DNA from: an uncultured Candidatus Saccharibacteria bacterium
Lineage (GTDB): Bacteria; Patescibacteriota; Minisyncoccia; 2-02-FULL-40-12; GWA2-44-9
Reading direction: 5' to 3'
Assembly: GCA_964513645.1 (NCBI GenBank)
Contig: CAZENF010000002.1
Location: 73,409 to 137,408 of the forward strand
DNA: 64,000 nucleotides
A program made the position numbers and the translations under genes. Below, one piece after another: positions 45,908-55,332 of this stretch. Position 1 is the stretch's first letter. Every line of letters begins with the position of its first letter. The notes under the pieces were generated by a model that was given only the letters and a program-made list of their open reading frames with translations, was not told where the DNA came from and did not search any database.

Positions 45908-46300
45908 TTATTGGCATATTGGAGGATTCGCGTTTTGATTACAAAATGCTGATGCGCAGTCATTACCACTGCAACACTGGGCACCGACAGGAAGAGTATT
46001 ATTGCCAGGGCAATTACCTCCCCCGCCAAAGAACTGGTTGGGATTTGTGGCAAATCCCTTAACGGTAGTCACTATAATACCCACGGAAAATATTATTAAA
46101 GCCCCGATTATGCCCGACTTAAGTACGCCTTTAGCGGTAGCAACCCTCTGTTGATTATTCCCGGCCGTAACATACATTATACCGGCAATAACTATGGTGA
46201 TGGTGGCCAGAATACCGCCAAGAGTGAGAAGAAAGCCCCCAATATTTTGAGCTATGGACAACAGGTCATTAAGAGAGATGGGTACTCCGGCGGGTGGCAT
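45908..46300 (-). CDS. TrbC/VirB2-like pilin with Cys-rich C-terminal module
   Basis: AGIMYVTAG...AKGVLKSGIIG plus CPGNNTLPVGAQCCSGNDCASAFCNQNANPPICQ. Confidence 0.75.
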   Translation of the reverse strand: MPPAGVPISLNDLLSIAQNIGGFLLTLGGILATITIVIAGIMYVTAGNNQQRVATAKGVLKSGIIGALIIFSVGIIVTTVKGFATNPNQFFGGGGNCPGNNTLPVGAQCCSGNDCASAFCNQNANPPICQ

Positions 46301-46317
46301 AATATAATTATTAAAAA

Positions 46318-46734
46318 TTATGAGTTAAAGAATGTCTGCCAGCTGGTGGCGAGAAGGACAATAGTATTGATTATGAGACCGGCAGCAAAGAGTATTAAAG
46401 CTCCGATAACTCCGTTTTTAAAAATGCCTTTTGCAGTCGTAACTCTGGCAGAATTATTTCCCGCACTGACCCAGACCAGTCCGGCAACAATTATGACGAT
46501 ACCGGCCACTATACCGGCAATTGCCATTAGAAAACCTCCGATACTTTGGGCAAGGGCAAATATTCCCTGGGCTCCCAAAGTATTCGACGCGTTATTAGCA
46601 GTGGTCTGGTAGCATAGCTGGGCATTGAAAGTAGGCCCAGGGTTACAATATATGTTCGGACTCTGCGCATAGCTATAATTGACCAGCGCCAGAGAAAGAG
46701 TAAGCAAAGATATGGCAATTACGGTCTTTTTCAT
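46318..46734 (-). CDS. TrbC/VirB2-like pilin
   Basis: Signal peptide and AGLVWVSAG...AKGIFKNGVIG. Confidence 0.78.
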   Translation of the reverse strand: MKKTVIAISLLTLSLALVNYSYAQSPNIYCNPGPTFNAQLCYQTTANNASNTLGAQGIFALAQSIGGFLMAIAGIVAGIVIIVAGLVWVSAGNNSARVTTAKGIFKNGVIGALILFAAGLIINTIVLLATSWQTFFNS

Positions 46735-46868
46735 ACGAAATCTGATTACTTGTCAGCTGAGACAACTACGTTATCCCGGCAAATCAGGTAATTTTAAATT
46801 AATACGATGGTATATCCATTATACAATCCGTAACGACAATGACAACCTCCGATTAATCCACAAATAAA

Positions 46869-48614
46869 TCAGGGCTGGGTTGCAACGGAACCCGTCTTAT
46901 CCAAGAAATATCCCAGATCATCAATGGATATCACGTAGTAATAGTAATTCGTATTAGGGCTAACCTTTGTTGAGGTTAGGGAGTGAGATAAAACCAAGTT
47001 AGTATCACTGACAGTCGCCCCCAAATAACAGAAGTAAAGAAATTTGCATATTACAAGCATACTTGTTGCCGGATAATCAGTATTCCAAGTGGCTGTTATT
47101 GATGTAGAGGTTGAATTCAAAACAGGATTAGAAATTACGGTTCCCGGCAAGGTTGTAAAGAGATTAGAAACAAAACTATAACCATAATTATTTTGGTCAT
47201 CTTTTGATATTACCAATACGGAATAATTCGTTTTCAAATTCAATTTTGATACGGTCAGAGAATGGGCAACAACTAAGTTGCCGTCTAATTGCCAGCTTCC
47301 AAAGCAGGCCGTAATGCTTAAACAGGCAACAGCCAAACTGGTAGAAGGTTTATCGGTATTCCAGCTAATAGTGGCGGAATTCCTTCCGATATTTGACACT
47401 TGGACGTTGGAGATGACCGGCGGGACAGGTACAGGTTTGGGAGTTGGAGTTGGCCTTAAGGTCGGTAAGGGAGTAGGCGTAACCGTCGGCCTTAAGGTCG
47501 GTACGGGGGTCGGAGTTGGGGTAGCCGAAGAGAGGGTTTTAAAAAGATAATATCCAAGGATAGCTAATTGGCTATCCGGACTTTTTGACCTGACCCAGAC
47601 ATAATAATAGGTATTTAATTTTAAACCAGAGAGATCGACCGAGTGGCTGGTTACCTGGTTTGTATCAACAGAGGTAAAGATATTGCACTTTCCTGCAGTA
47701 AGACAATACTCCAACTGGCTGTCAGACTGCTTATCCGTTGTCCAGGTTACAGTAGCTCCTGAACTTGTGATATTTATTATCTTGACGTTAGAAATCGTAG
47801 GGGCAGGAGCAGGTGTAGGCGGCGGACCGACATTTACTGTGACTGATGCTGTAACAGTACCCGCCGGTGAATTACAACTGACAGAATACGCTCTGGTCGC
47901 AGGCAAAGCCGGAGTGACTTGAGAACCGGACGTGCCGGTCCAACCGCCGGGGGAAACAGTGCAGGAGGTCGTATTCACCGAGGTCCAGCTTATCATTGCA
48001 GTTCCATTATAAGGAATCGAGCACGGATTTATACCGTTGCATTTAATTGAAACACTCGCCGGAGCGGCTGTCGGAGTCGGCGGCTTAACCTTGTTAAGCA
48101 CGACTAAGGTCCTCACATCTCCGTTTGTCAGCAATGTTATAAGTCCGTCCGAATTGCCGTTGTTCACGTCATATGCATAGAAATCGGCCAGAGATTGAAC
48201 CTGGACGCTAAATTGGTCGTTGTAATAAGTGTCCCATCGGTTAGTGTTAGTGCCTGAAAGCGTTTCTCTACCGTAATAATAAGTTCCTAACGGAAGATTG
48301 CTCTGGGAAACACATTGGGAATCATTACCGGAACTACTCCGAAGAATTGTGGCATTCAAAAGTAACGGAGTAGCAAAAGTTCTTTGGGTGAAAGAGCCGA
48401 CAGGATCAGGAAAAGACGGGTCGCTCTTACCGCTTGGCGGGATAACAAAGGTCGTGCCCATATTTCCGCCACTAAAAACATTGCCATTAGTGTCGACCAG
48501 AATCGTACATATAAATATTGTCCCGGTTTGGGACTGGGCTAAAGAAACCGAAGTATATACCGGCAGAGTAGCCAAGATGACAAATATCAGAGATTTTATT
48601 TTAAAATTAAGCAT
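46869..48614 (-). CDS. Secreted protein with three FN3-like repeats and PT linkers
   Basis: Signal peptide and ATVTWTTDK / ATISWNTDK / ITATWNTDY repeats, each with a Cys pair. Confidence 0.8.
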   Translation of the reverse strand: MLNFKIKSLIFVILATLPVYTSVSLAQSQTGTIFICTILVDTNGNVFSGGNMGTTFVIPPSGKSDPSFPDPVGSFTQRTFATPLLLNATILRSSSGNDSQCVSQSNLPLGTYYYGRETLSGTNTNRWDTYYNDQFSVQVQSLADFYAYDVNNGNSDGLITLLTNGDVRTLVVLNKVKPPTPTAAPASVSIKCNGINPCSIPYNGTAMISWTSVNTTSCTVSPGGWTGTSGSQVTPALPATRAYSVSCNSPAGTVTASVTVNVGPPPTPAPAPTISNVKIINITSSGATVTWTTDKQSDSQLEYCLTAGKCNIFTSVDTNQVTSHSVDLSGLKLNTYYYVWVRSKSPDSQLAILGYYLFKTLSSATPTPTPVPTLRPTVTPTPLPTLRPTPTPKPVPVPPVISNVQVSNIGRNSATISWNTDKPSTSLAVACLSITACFGSWQLDGNLVVAHSLTVSKLNLKTNYSVLVISKDDQNNYGYSFVSNLFTTLPGTVISNPVLNSTSTSITATWNTDYPATSMLVICKFLYFCYLGATVSDTNLVLSHSLTSTKVSPNTNYYYYVISIDDLGYFLDKTGSVATQP

Positions 48615-48615
48615 G

Positions 48616-49017
48616 CTACTGGCAAGTTATTATATTCGCTATCGTATAAGTGGGCACGTTCTGAAAACCAACAGCGGACATTATGCTCGTTACCGATAAA
48701 ATTATCGTGAAAACACCCAATATTACAACTCCGCCCATTATCCCGGCCCAAAGAGCTTTTTTTGCATCGGATAGGCTTGTAGCATTTCCACGGCTCAAAA
48801 GAAAGCTTATTCCGTAAACTATCATCATTACTCCGATCGCAATTATTCCAAACCGCAAAAACCAACAAGAAAGTCCGCTGATGAGACTGATAAGATTGTT
48901 CAGATCAAAAGGTCTGCCGGTCGCACTACCAAGGACGGTTGTAAATCCTTGTGCCATAGAAATATACGGTATGGCCGAACTTGAAATAAATATTGTTGCC
49001 CAAAAAAAATTTTTCAT
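48616..49017 (-). CDS. TrbC/VirB2-like pilin
   Basis: YGISFLLSRG...AKKALWAGIMG. Confidence 0.75.
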   Translation of the reverse strand: MKNFFWATIFISSSAIPYISMAQGFTTVLGSATGRPFDLNNLISLISGLSCWFLRFGIIAIGVMMIVYGISFLLSRGNATSLSDAKKALWAGIMGGVVILGVFTIILSVTSIMSAVGFQNVPTYTIANIITCQ

Positions 49018-49031
49018 TGTATATCACAAAT

Positions 49032-51209
49032 TTAACCGCCTAAAGATAGGATATTCTCAAGCAATGTCTTGAAACCTTGGCCGATGATAATAATAACCAA
49101 ACCGATTATCGCCCAAAGAAGTATTTTCTTTGCAGTCCTAACTTTTTCCGGTTCACCGCGGCCAAAAAGAAGCATCAATCCTGCAATAACTATCATCATT
49201 ACGATTATCGGTCCGACAATATAGTAAAGAAACGCCGCAATCGCCCCGAAAAGATCATCTAAAGTAGAGATGCCTCCCGAGAAAGGATTTTGAATCTCGA
49301 AAGTGTAAGGTGCCCCGGCACTTTGAGGAGTGGGAACGGGCGTGGGTATCGGCGTCGGGACCGGCGTCGGACAAATTAAAGTACCGCAGGCCTGACAAGT
49401 CCTTCCCTGATAAAAACATCCGGCGGAAGGATTACAGGGTACACAGGTTGGGACAGGCGTGGGCGGAGGTGTCGGAACCGGAGTAGGTGTAGGACTCGGT
49501 GTCGGAGTAGGAGTGGGCGTAGGAATAACCACAACTATTGGAGCAGAACAATTAACCGAAGTGCCAGCAACGTTTGTAGCAGTTAGAACACAGCTCTGAC
49601 TCAAATTTGGAGTAACGGTACTCGTACCGGTAGAAGTGGTGTTACCGGAACCTATGTTTCCATTACAAACATATTGCAATGTACCGTCGGCATCATTCAA
49701 TGATGACCAGGTCATTATTGTCGACTGGCCGAGAATAATACTCGTAGGGGTAAACGAAACCGTGCATGAAGGCTGTGGCGCAGCACCAACATTTACTGTA
49801 ACAGATTGCCTGGCTACTCCCCCAGGCCCGTTGCAGGTAAGATTAAAAGTGCCTGAAGTTGTCACACTATTTACAACTTGGGCATCGTTCAAGTTTGTCC
49901 AAACAGTAGAATTATATGTATTCGTTACTGAAGCCGTTGTTGAATTTATACAGGTCCAACTTATAGAGGGTGAAGAACCATAGGCAGCCGAACAGGCCCC
50001 GACCGAACCGTTGCAAACAATGTTGGCCACCGGCGGAACCGGATTGACAGTAACCGAAGCTGAACAAGTCGAAGGATTGCCTGAAATATTTACCACTGTG
50101 AAAGTACATGTTTGGCTTGCCGTGGGGATAACCGAGGTCGTACTGTTGGCGACCGTACTGCCTGAACCGATATTACCGGTACACGCATATTGAAGAGTCC
50201 CGTCCGCGTCGTTATTGGAAGACCAAGTTAAAGCCGAAGATTGTCCTGAAATGATAGACGCCGGAGAGAAAGAAGCTGCACATGAAGCCGGCGGAGCGGC
50301 GGAAACATTTACCTGAACACCACCCGAAGCATTTCCTCCGCCTCCGATACAGTTAACGGAATAAACTTGAGTCGAGGTCAGACCTCCAGTATTAAAACTT
50401 CCCGATACCCCGCTTGCACCACCAGGAGAAACACTGCAGGAAGTGGCGTCGGTCGTATTCCAGGCGATTGTAGCCGAACCTCCATAAGGTATCGTACATT
50501 GGCTTAAAGAACCATTACAGGTAACGCTCACGGTCGGCGGAGGTACGGGATAAATGGCCTGATTTCCGGCTGCATCGTAAACAATTATCCTAAATGTATA
50601 TTGGCCGGGAACAGGGGGATAAAAATAAACCGATGAACTCCAAAAATCACGGTTAGGCAAAGAGGCCTGGTAAAAAGCCAGACTCCAAACACAGCCGGTC
50701 ATGTCTGTTTTCATACAGTTAACTGCATTGTAAGGCGCGTAGTCCGCCGAGAATCCAGCCAAATGAGAGCCTCCGGAATCACCCAGACTCCAGGTAACCT
50801 GTTTTTGTCCAGGAGTTATATCGGTTACATCGAATTGAGATACTATAGGTGAGGTGGTATCGGTCGGCGTTCCGTTTAAGACGTTGACCACAACATTATA
50901 ACTATTCGTAACTCCTCCACTCGAACAATTTGCAAATAAAACGGTACTCGAAGTTACGCTTGTCAGAGCACTCGCTCCGGACATCCCAGCAAAGATCTGG
51001 TTATTCAATTGGTCAGTAACGTTACCTGACGTTGCGTTAGTACAACTCCAGACGATATTTGCCGAACTGCCGCTTTGAATATTGCAAATATCGGTTGAGC
51101 CGTTACAGGTTATAGCCGCATGGGGCGTGGCTTGTGCGGAAACATATTCCCCCATAAAAAGGAGCAGGAACCCCAGAGTAAGAAATAGGATATTAGCCTT
51201 CTTATTCAT
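49032..51209 (-). CDS. Large Cys/Ser/Thr-rich surface protein with C-terminal pilin domain
   Basis: Signal peptide, repeated CNGS...ISW and LTWSS.NDADGTLQY modules, a PT tract, and AGLMLLFGRG...AKKILLWAIIG. Confidence 0.8.
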   Translation of the reverse strand: MNKKANILFLTLGFLLLFMGEYVSAQATPHAAITCNGSTDICNIQSGSSANIVWSCTNATSGNVTDQLNNQIFAGMSGASALTSVTSSTVLFANCSSGGVTNSYNVVVNVLNGTPTDTTSPIVSQFDVTDITPGQKQVTWSLGDSGGSHLAGFSADYAPYNAVNCMKTDMTGCVWSLAFYQASLPNRDFWSSSVYFYPPVPGQYTFRIIVYDAAGNQAIYPVPPPTVSVTCNGSLSQCTIPYGGSATIAWNTTDATSCSVSPGGASGVSGSFNTGGLTSTQVYSVNCIGGGGNASGGVQVNVSAAPPASCAASFSPASIISGQSSALTWSSNNDADGTLQYACTGNIGSGSTVANSTTSVIPTASQTCTFTVVNISGNPSTCSASVTVNPVPPVANIVCNGSVGACSAAYGSSPSISWTCINSTTASVTNTYNSTVWTNLNDAQVVNSVTTSGTFNLTCNGPGGVARQSVTVNVGAAPQPSCTVSFTPTSIILGQSTIMTWSSLNDADGTLQYVCNGNIGSGNTTSTGTSTVTPNLSQSCVLTATNVAGTSVNCSAPIVVVIPTPTPTPTPSPTPTPVPTPPPTPVPTCVPCNPSAGCFYQGRTCQACGTLICPTPVPTPIPTPVPTPQSAGAPYTFEIQNPFSGGISTLDDLFGAIAAFLYYIVGPIIVMMIVIAGLMLLFGRGEPEKVRTAKKILLWAIIGLVIIIIGQGFKTLLENILSLGG

Positions 51210-51268
51210 TTGCGTTAATTATACTACGAAACTCGACATGATTAATCCTTGAAGTACTGACGGCTCGT

Positions 51269-51994
51269 TTATCCTGTCGGCGGAGGCGGCGGCGGAGATA
51301 ACGGCGGAGGCATTGCCGGAGTATTGGAGTTGGGCGGAAGGAAACTTTCTTCTTTTCTCTTTTTCCACCATCTCCATCCAAACCAGGCAACTACTAAAAC
51401 CCCAACGCCTCCCACAGCATAGATAAGTATTGTGTTGAGGTCGAAACCGCCTAAAATCCCTGTTGGTTCAGGCGCGGCCGGTATTGGGGTTGCTTTTATT
51501 TTTTTACAGTCATTCGAGCATGTCTTGGTTGTCTCCCCCGCTCCGGCATCGCAAGTTCCGTCGTCATTACAGATCGAAGCGCCGTTAATGAAGATGGAAA
51601 CCGATTGGTTCCCTTTATTATCTGCAAATTGCACAACCAAGGCATCAGGAACATATGGGCCTCTGACCATTATTTTGCCGGCAGTAAAACTGCTGCTACC
51701 GCCGGTCGGATCAAATTTAAAAGTCTGAACCGTTTCATGTTTAATATTCACGATCTGACCTGTAAAAGCGGCTGTATCGGACGGGGTTTGCGGTGTAAAG
51801 GACTCCGACAGAACGTCAAACTTAACCTCATAATCCCTGTCGGGTAAAAGCTGACCATGGTCATAGTAAAGATAGAAGACATAACTTAACTTCGACGGGT
51901 CGGCATCCGGACCAGGTTTATTCAATGCGAAGGCAAAAGAAAACGACGCAAAGAGTGCCGCAATTCCCGTAACTATATAAATTAATTTTTTCAT
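51269..51994 (-). CDS. Membrane-anchored hypothetical protein
   Basis: Signal peptide from MKKLIY (51994), a CNDDGTCD..ET..TCSNDC module, a TM helix and a Pro-rich tail. Confidence 0.72.
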   Translation of the reverse strand: MKKLIYIVTGIAALFASFSFAFALNKPGPDADPSKLSYVFYLYYDHGQLLPDRDYEVKFDVLSESFTPQTPSDTAAFTGQIVNIKHETVQTFKFDPTGGSSSFTAGKIMVRGPYVPDALVVQFADNKGNQSVSIFINGASICNDDGTCDAGAGETTKTCSNDCKKIKATPIPAAPEPTGILGGFDLNTILIYAVGGVGVLVVAWFGWRWWKKRKEESFLPPNSNTPAMPPPLSPPPPPPTG

Positions 51995-52092
51995 CAAAGA
52001 AAACAGATATTGCTGTGCCGCTATTACCTTGGGTAATAGTAACATGACATTATCTCCATTATTTTTAAATTATACCATTTTTATTTTGCTAA

Positions 52093-52824
52093 CTACTCAC
52101 ACACAGGCGGATTTACGTTCTGATTACAGAAAGCCGATTGACAATCGTTCCCAGAACAACAAGTTGACCCGTTAGGAAGACTGTTATCGCCCGGACAGTT
52201 TCCCGGAGGATTCTGGCATATAAAAGTTGGGTCGCAATATCCTGACTGACAATCGGAATTATTGGCACAGTCCCGACCGTTCGGATATGGGGGTCCGCCG
52301 CCCCCACCCGGAGGATTAGTAGGCGTACAATCAAACTTGAACCAATTTGTACTCGTCCACTGCTGGCCGTTCGGTAAAGTTACAGTTGTCGCCGCCAAAC
52401 TCTGGATAATAGTATTGGTTATAAGCCAGGCCATCATCACGATAAGCAGGCCTATCATTGTATCTTTGAAAATTCTCTTACCCTGAGCAAGCATTCCCGG
52501 ATTTGAACCGCCAAGCATCATCATCACGCCCGCAATAACAAAAAAGAGTGTCGCCAATATCGGCGAAAGACCTATCATAATAAAATCGATTATGTCACGG
52601 CCAAGTTTATAAAGATCGCAGCTATTGGTACACTCCGGCGGTTGCCAGCAGTCTTCTTTAGTATTACAGGCCCCGCCATAGTTACACACATTATTTATGC
52701 AACTATTGGTCCAGCCGCACGAGACTATCGGTTCGCCCGGAACCCAGGCATAAGCAAAACTTACGGCCGTCATTAACATGGCCGGAAAGATCAAGGCCAG
52801 CATAAAAGTTCTATAATTTTTCAT
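52093..52824 (-). CDS. TrbC/VirB2-like pilin with multiple Cys-rich modules
   Basis: AGVMMMLGG...GKRIFKDTMIG with Cys modules on both sides. Confidence 0.78.
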   Translation of the reverse strand: MKNYRTFMLALIFPAMLMTAVSFAYAWVPGEPIVSCGWTNSCINNVCNYGGACNTKEDCWQPPECTNSCDLYKLGRDIIDFIMIGLSPILATLFFVIAGVMMMLGGSNPGMLAQGKRIFKDTMIGLLIVMMAWLITNTIIQSLAATTVTLPNGQQWTSTNWFKFDCTPTNPPGGGGGPPYPNGRDCANNSDCQSGYCDPTFICQNPPGNCPGDNSLPNGSTCCSGNDCQSAFCNQNVNPPVCE

Positions 52825-54164
52825 TATGGTCCGGGGTAAGCGCTCTTCGTCATAAGAGTATTAACCTTTGATTCGGCCGACCTTATGGCGGACTTGAGGG
52901 CCTGACGTTTGAGGTTCACGTCATCAATCATATCAGCAAATATCTGGTCGATGGCATTATTGTCTACTTGGTACCAGGATTTGGCCGACAGCGCCTGAAC
53001 CGCAAAAACTCCAAGTTTAGGATCATTCCTCTGGACATCGATGATGTCCCTTCTGGCCGACGGACGTGAAGCCGCAGTAACATACGCTAGCGAACCGTCA
53101 TGAGACCCTAAATAGTTAAGGAATCTCCATGCCGCATTCTGATTTTTTGACTGGGCGGACACTCCAACCGCCCAATAGCTGGCAAAGTTTTTGGTATTAA
53201 GTTCCGAAAATTGAGGCACCGGAGCAATACCAAAATTAAGTCGGTTGAACCTGCCTTGAACGACAGGGATTTGATGAGAATAATTAAACATCATGGCCAG
53301 GCTGCCTTCGACAAAAGCGTCGATTGAATAATGCTGGTCATCATTCCAGGTGTAAACTTTTTTAGCTGGATTCGCAAAATCCGTATAATACTGGAGTGCG
53401 TTTTCACCGACCAGAGTAGAGTTGACGGAGCGGGTGAAAGTCGCAGCAGTATTAGTCTCGTTGGTCATCTTGGTTCCGTTCTGTATCATCAGCTCACTAA
53501 GTATATCTGAAGAACGGTTTACGTTTCTGGCCGTTCCCATCGCCGCTCCGGCCTGAATAATATTATCTTTAGTATCGAATTTTGTAAGAAGTTCGACATC
53601 GTTATTAAAATCCTCCCAGGTCTTGGGCGGCGCAGTTATGCCGGCGGTATTGAACATATCTTTGTTGTAAAAAAGAGCCAAAGTATCGACATACAAGGGT
53701 ATGGCATATATCTTGTCCTGATAAACAAGGTCTTTTGAAACGACGTCAACGAATTGTTTTTGAAAATCAGAGAGGGTGAAGAATTGGACGGTCTTTGAAC
53801 CGGAAGTTGCCGGCATCGGCGAAAGTATGTCGCGATGTTTTGCCAGCCAGGTGTTGTCTATCATTATCAGGTCCGGTCCGGTGCCCGATGCCAGAGCATC
53901 GATCAGAGATTTTTCATAATCAGCGTATGAAAATTGTCTATAATTAACTTTTATACCTGGTTCGGCACCTTTAAACGCGTTGATAAGGGCCGTGAGGGTC
54001 TGGCGGTCATCATAAACACCCCAGAATTCCAAACTGGCCTGGGCATTGCCCGTTCCACCACCGACATTTCTCAAAAACAGCAGTATCGTTACAAAAACAA
54101 TAAAAATTATACCTCCGATAAGTAGGTAGAAAAATTTGCTTGAACTAAAAAAACTTGTATTCAT
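52824..54164 (-). CDS. Extracellular solute-binding protein (sugar SBP family) with N-terminal TM
   Basis: GPDLI, YAIPLYVDTLALFYNKDMF, PPKTWED, AF..G..AM and AAWRFL. Confidence 0.9.
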   Translation of the reverse strand: MNTSFFSSSKFFYLLIGGIIFIVFVTILLFLRNVGGGTGNAQASLEFWGVYDDRQTLTALINAFKGAEPGIKVNYRQFSYADYEKSLIDALASGTGPDLIMIDNTWLAKHRDILSPMPATSGSKTVQFFTLSDFQKQFVDVVSKDLVYQDKIYAIPLYVDTLALFYNKDMFNTAGITAPPKTWEDFNNDVELLTKFDTKDNIIQAGAAMGTARNVNRSSDILSELMIQNGTKMTNETNTAATFTRSVNSTLVGENALQYYTDFANPAKKVYTWNDDQHYSIDAFVEGSLAMMFNYSHQIPVVQGRFNRLNFGIAPVPQFSELNTKNFASYWAVGVSAQSKNQNAAWRFLNYLGSHDGSLAYVTAASRPSARRDIIDVQRNDPKLGVFAVQALSAKSWYQVDNNAIDQIFADMIDDVNLKRQALKSAIRSAESKVNTLMTKSAYPGP

Positions 54165-54165
54165 T

Positions 54166-54756
54166 TTAAGGTTTTTTGAAAATTAGCCCGAAATGAAATT
54201 CTCCTGCATCTATCGGGCCTTCGGACTTAAGTCCGCTCTCTCCGGCAGCTTTAGTTATATTTTCTTCACTTAAGCGTATATCATCCGGCGGACCGAATCC
54301 CCCGGTGGATTTTTTCCAATCAATTATTATCATGTTTCCTCCTCCTTTAAGAACCCTGACGCCTTCTTTTATTATATCGGCGTATTTTCTGGATTGGAAA
54401 AGAATATTTGCCAACAAAACTATATCTTGAGAGCTGTCAGCCAAGCTTGAACCGCCTAATATTTCAAGATTTGTTCTGATAGTTTGTATATTATTTATAC
54501 CTTCGGCTCCGGCTCTGGCCCGAACATTATCAAGAGCCATCTCCTGAACATCCAGAGCATAAACGATGCCTTCGGGACCGGTTTTTTCAGCAAGAATGAT
54601 GGTAAAATATCCGGCGCCCGAACCAAAATCAGATATCACCATTCCCTCCTTTATTCCAAAACGTTCGGCAATAATTTCAGGGTGAAGAAAGCCCCCCGTT
54701 CCAAAGGGTTTTTGTCGAGAGATTGGTGTTGCTGATAGAGCTTCCATCTCTATCAT
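54166..54756 (-). CDS. Class I SAM-dependent methyltransferase
   Basis: ISDFGSGAGYF, VYALDVQ, RVLKGGG and IIDW. Confidence 0.9.
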   Translation of the reverse strand: MIEMEALSATPISRQKPFGTGGFLHPEIIAERFGIKEGMVISDFGSGAGYFTIILAEKTGPEGIVYALDVQEMALDNVRARAGAEGINNIQTIRTNLEILGGSSLADSSQDIVLLANILFQSRKYADIIKEGVRVLKGGGNMIIIDWKKSTGGFGPPDDIRLSEENITKAAGESGLKSEGPIDAGEFHFGLIFKKP

Positions 54757-54777
54757 TTTACCAAATAGAAGATTGGG

Positions 54778-55323
54778 TTAAAAGAAAAAGTAATAAACAA
54801 GTACACCGGCAGTGGCCAGAGCAGCGAGACCAAAAAGTATCCATACCAAATTATTCCCGGAAGGAACCGCCGGAGATTTTTCTATATTTGAATTATTAGT
54901 TTGAGATGAAGGAACCCTGTTAACCTGGGGACTGATGCCGAATTCTTTGAATAATTTAACCATATCATAGCGGCTTATTATGCCGACGACTTTCTTATCA
55001 GAATTTACGACTGGTATCGGGTCCACCCTGTGGTGCTCGGCAAAAGCCGTGACCGCATCCTCAACTGTCATATTATCCGATAAAAACAACGGGTCTGTGT
55101 TCATTACTTCACTGGCTTTTGTGTCGTCATGAATATAACCCCGCTTGGTTATAAGATCATATTTAGTGAGTATGCCGACCAGGACACCATTTTTGTCTGT
55201 GACTGGCAATCCGTTAAAATTATTGGTCAAGATTATGTCTATGGCCACCAAAATAAGAGTATCCGGCAGAACCGAGATAACCCGAGAGCTCATCAATGAT
55301 TTTACGGAATCTTGTAGAGGCAT
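54778..55323 (-). CDS. CBS-pair protein with C-terminal membrane anchor
   Basis: NFNGLPVTDK, HHRVDPIPVV and VGIISRYD, plus a terminal hydrophobic helix. Confidence 0.88.
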   Translation of the reverse strand: MPLQDSVKSLMSSRVISVLPDTLILVAIDIILTNNFNGLPVTDKNGVLVGILTKYDLITKRGYIHDDTKASEVMNTDPLFLSDNMTVEDAVTAFAEHHRVDPIPVVNSDKKVVGIISRYDMVKLFKEFGISPQVNRVPSSQTNNSNIEKSPAVPSGNNLVWILFGLAALATAGVLVYYFFF

Positions 55324-55332
55324 GTTTACCTA

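Noticed and set aside
49320-49525. PT-encoding tandem repeats (also 47420-47525)
   Set aside because: Ordinary low-complexity linkers of surface proteins with degenerate codons.
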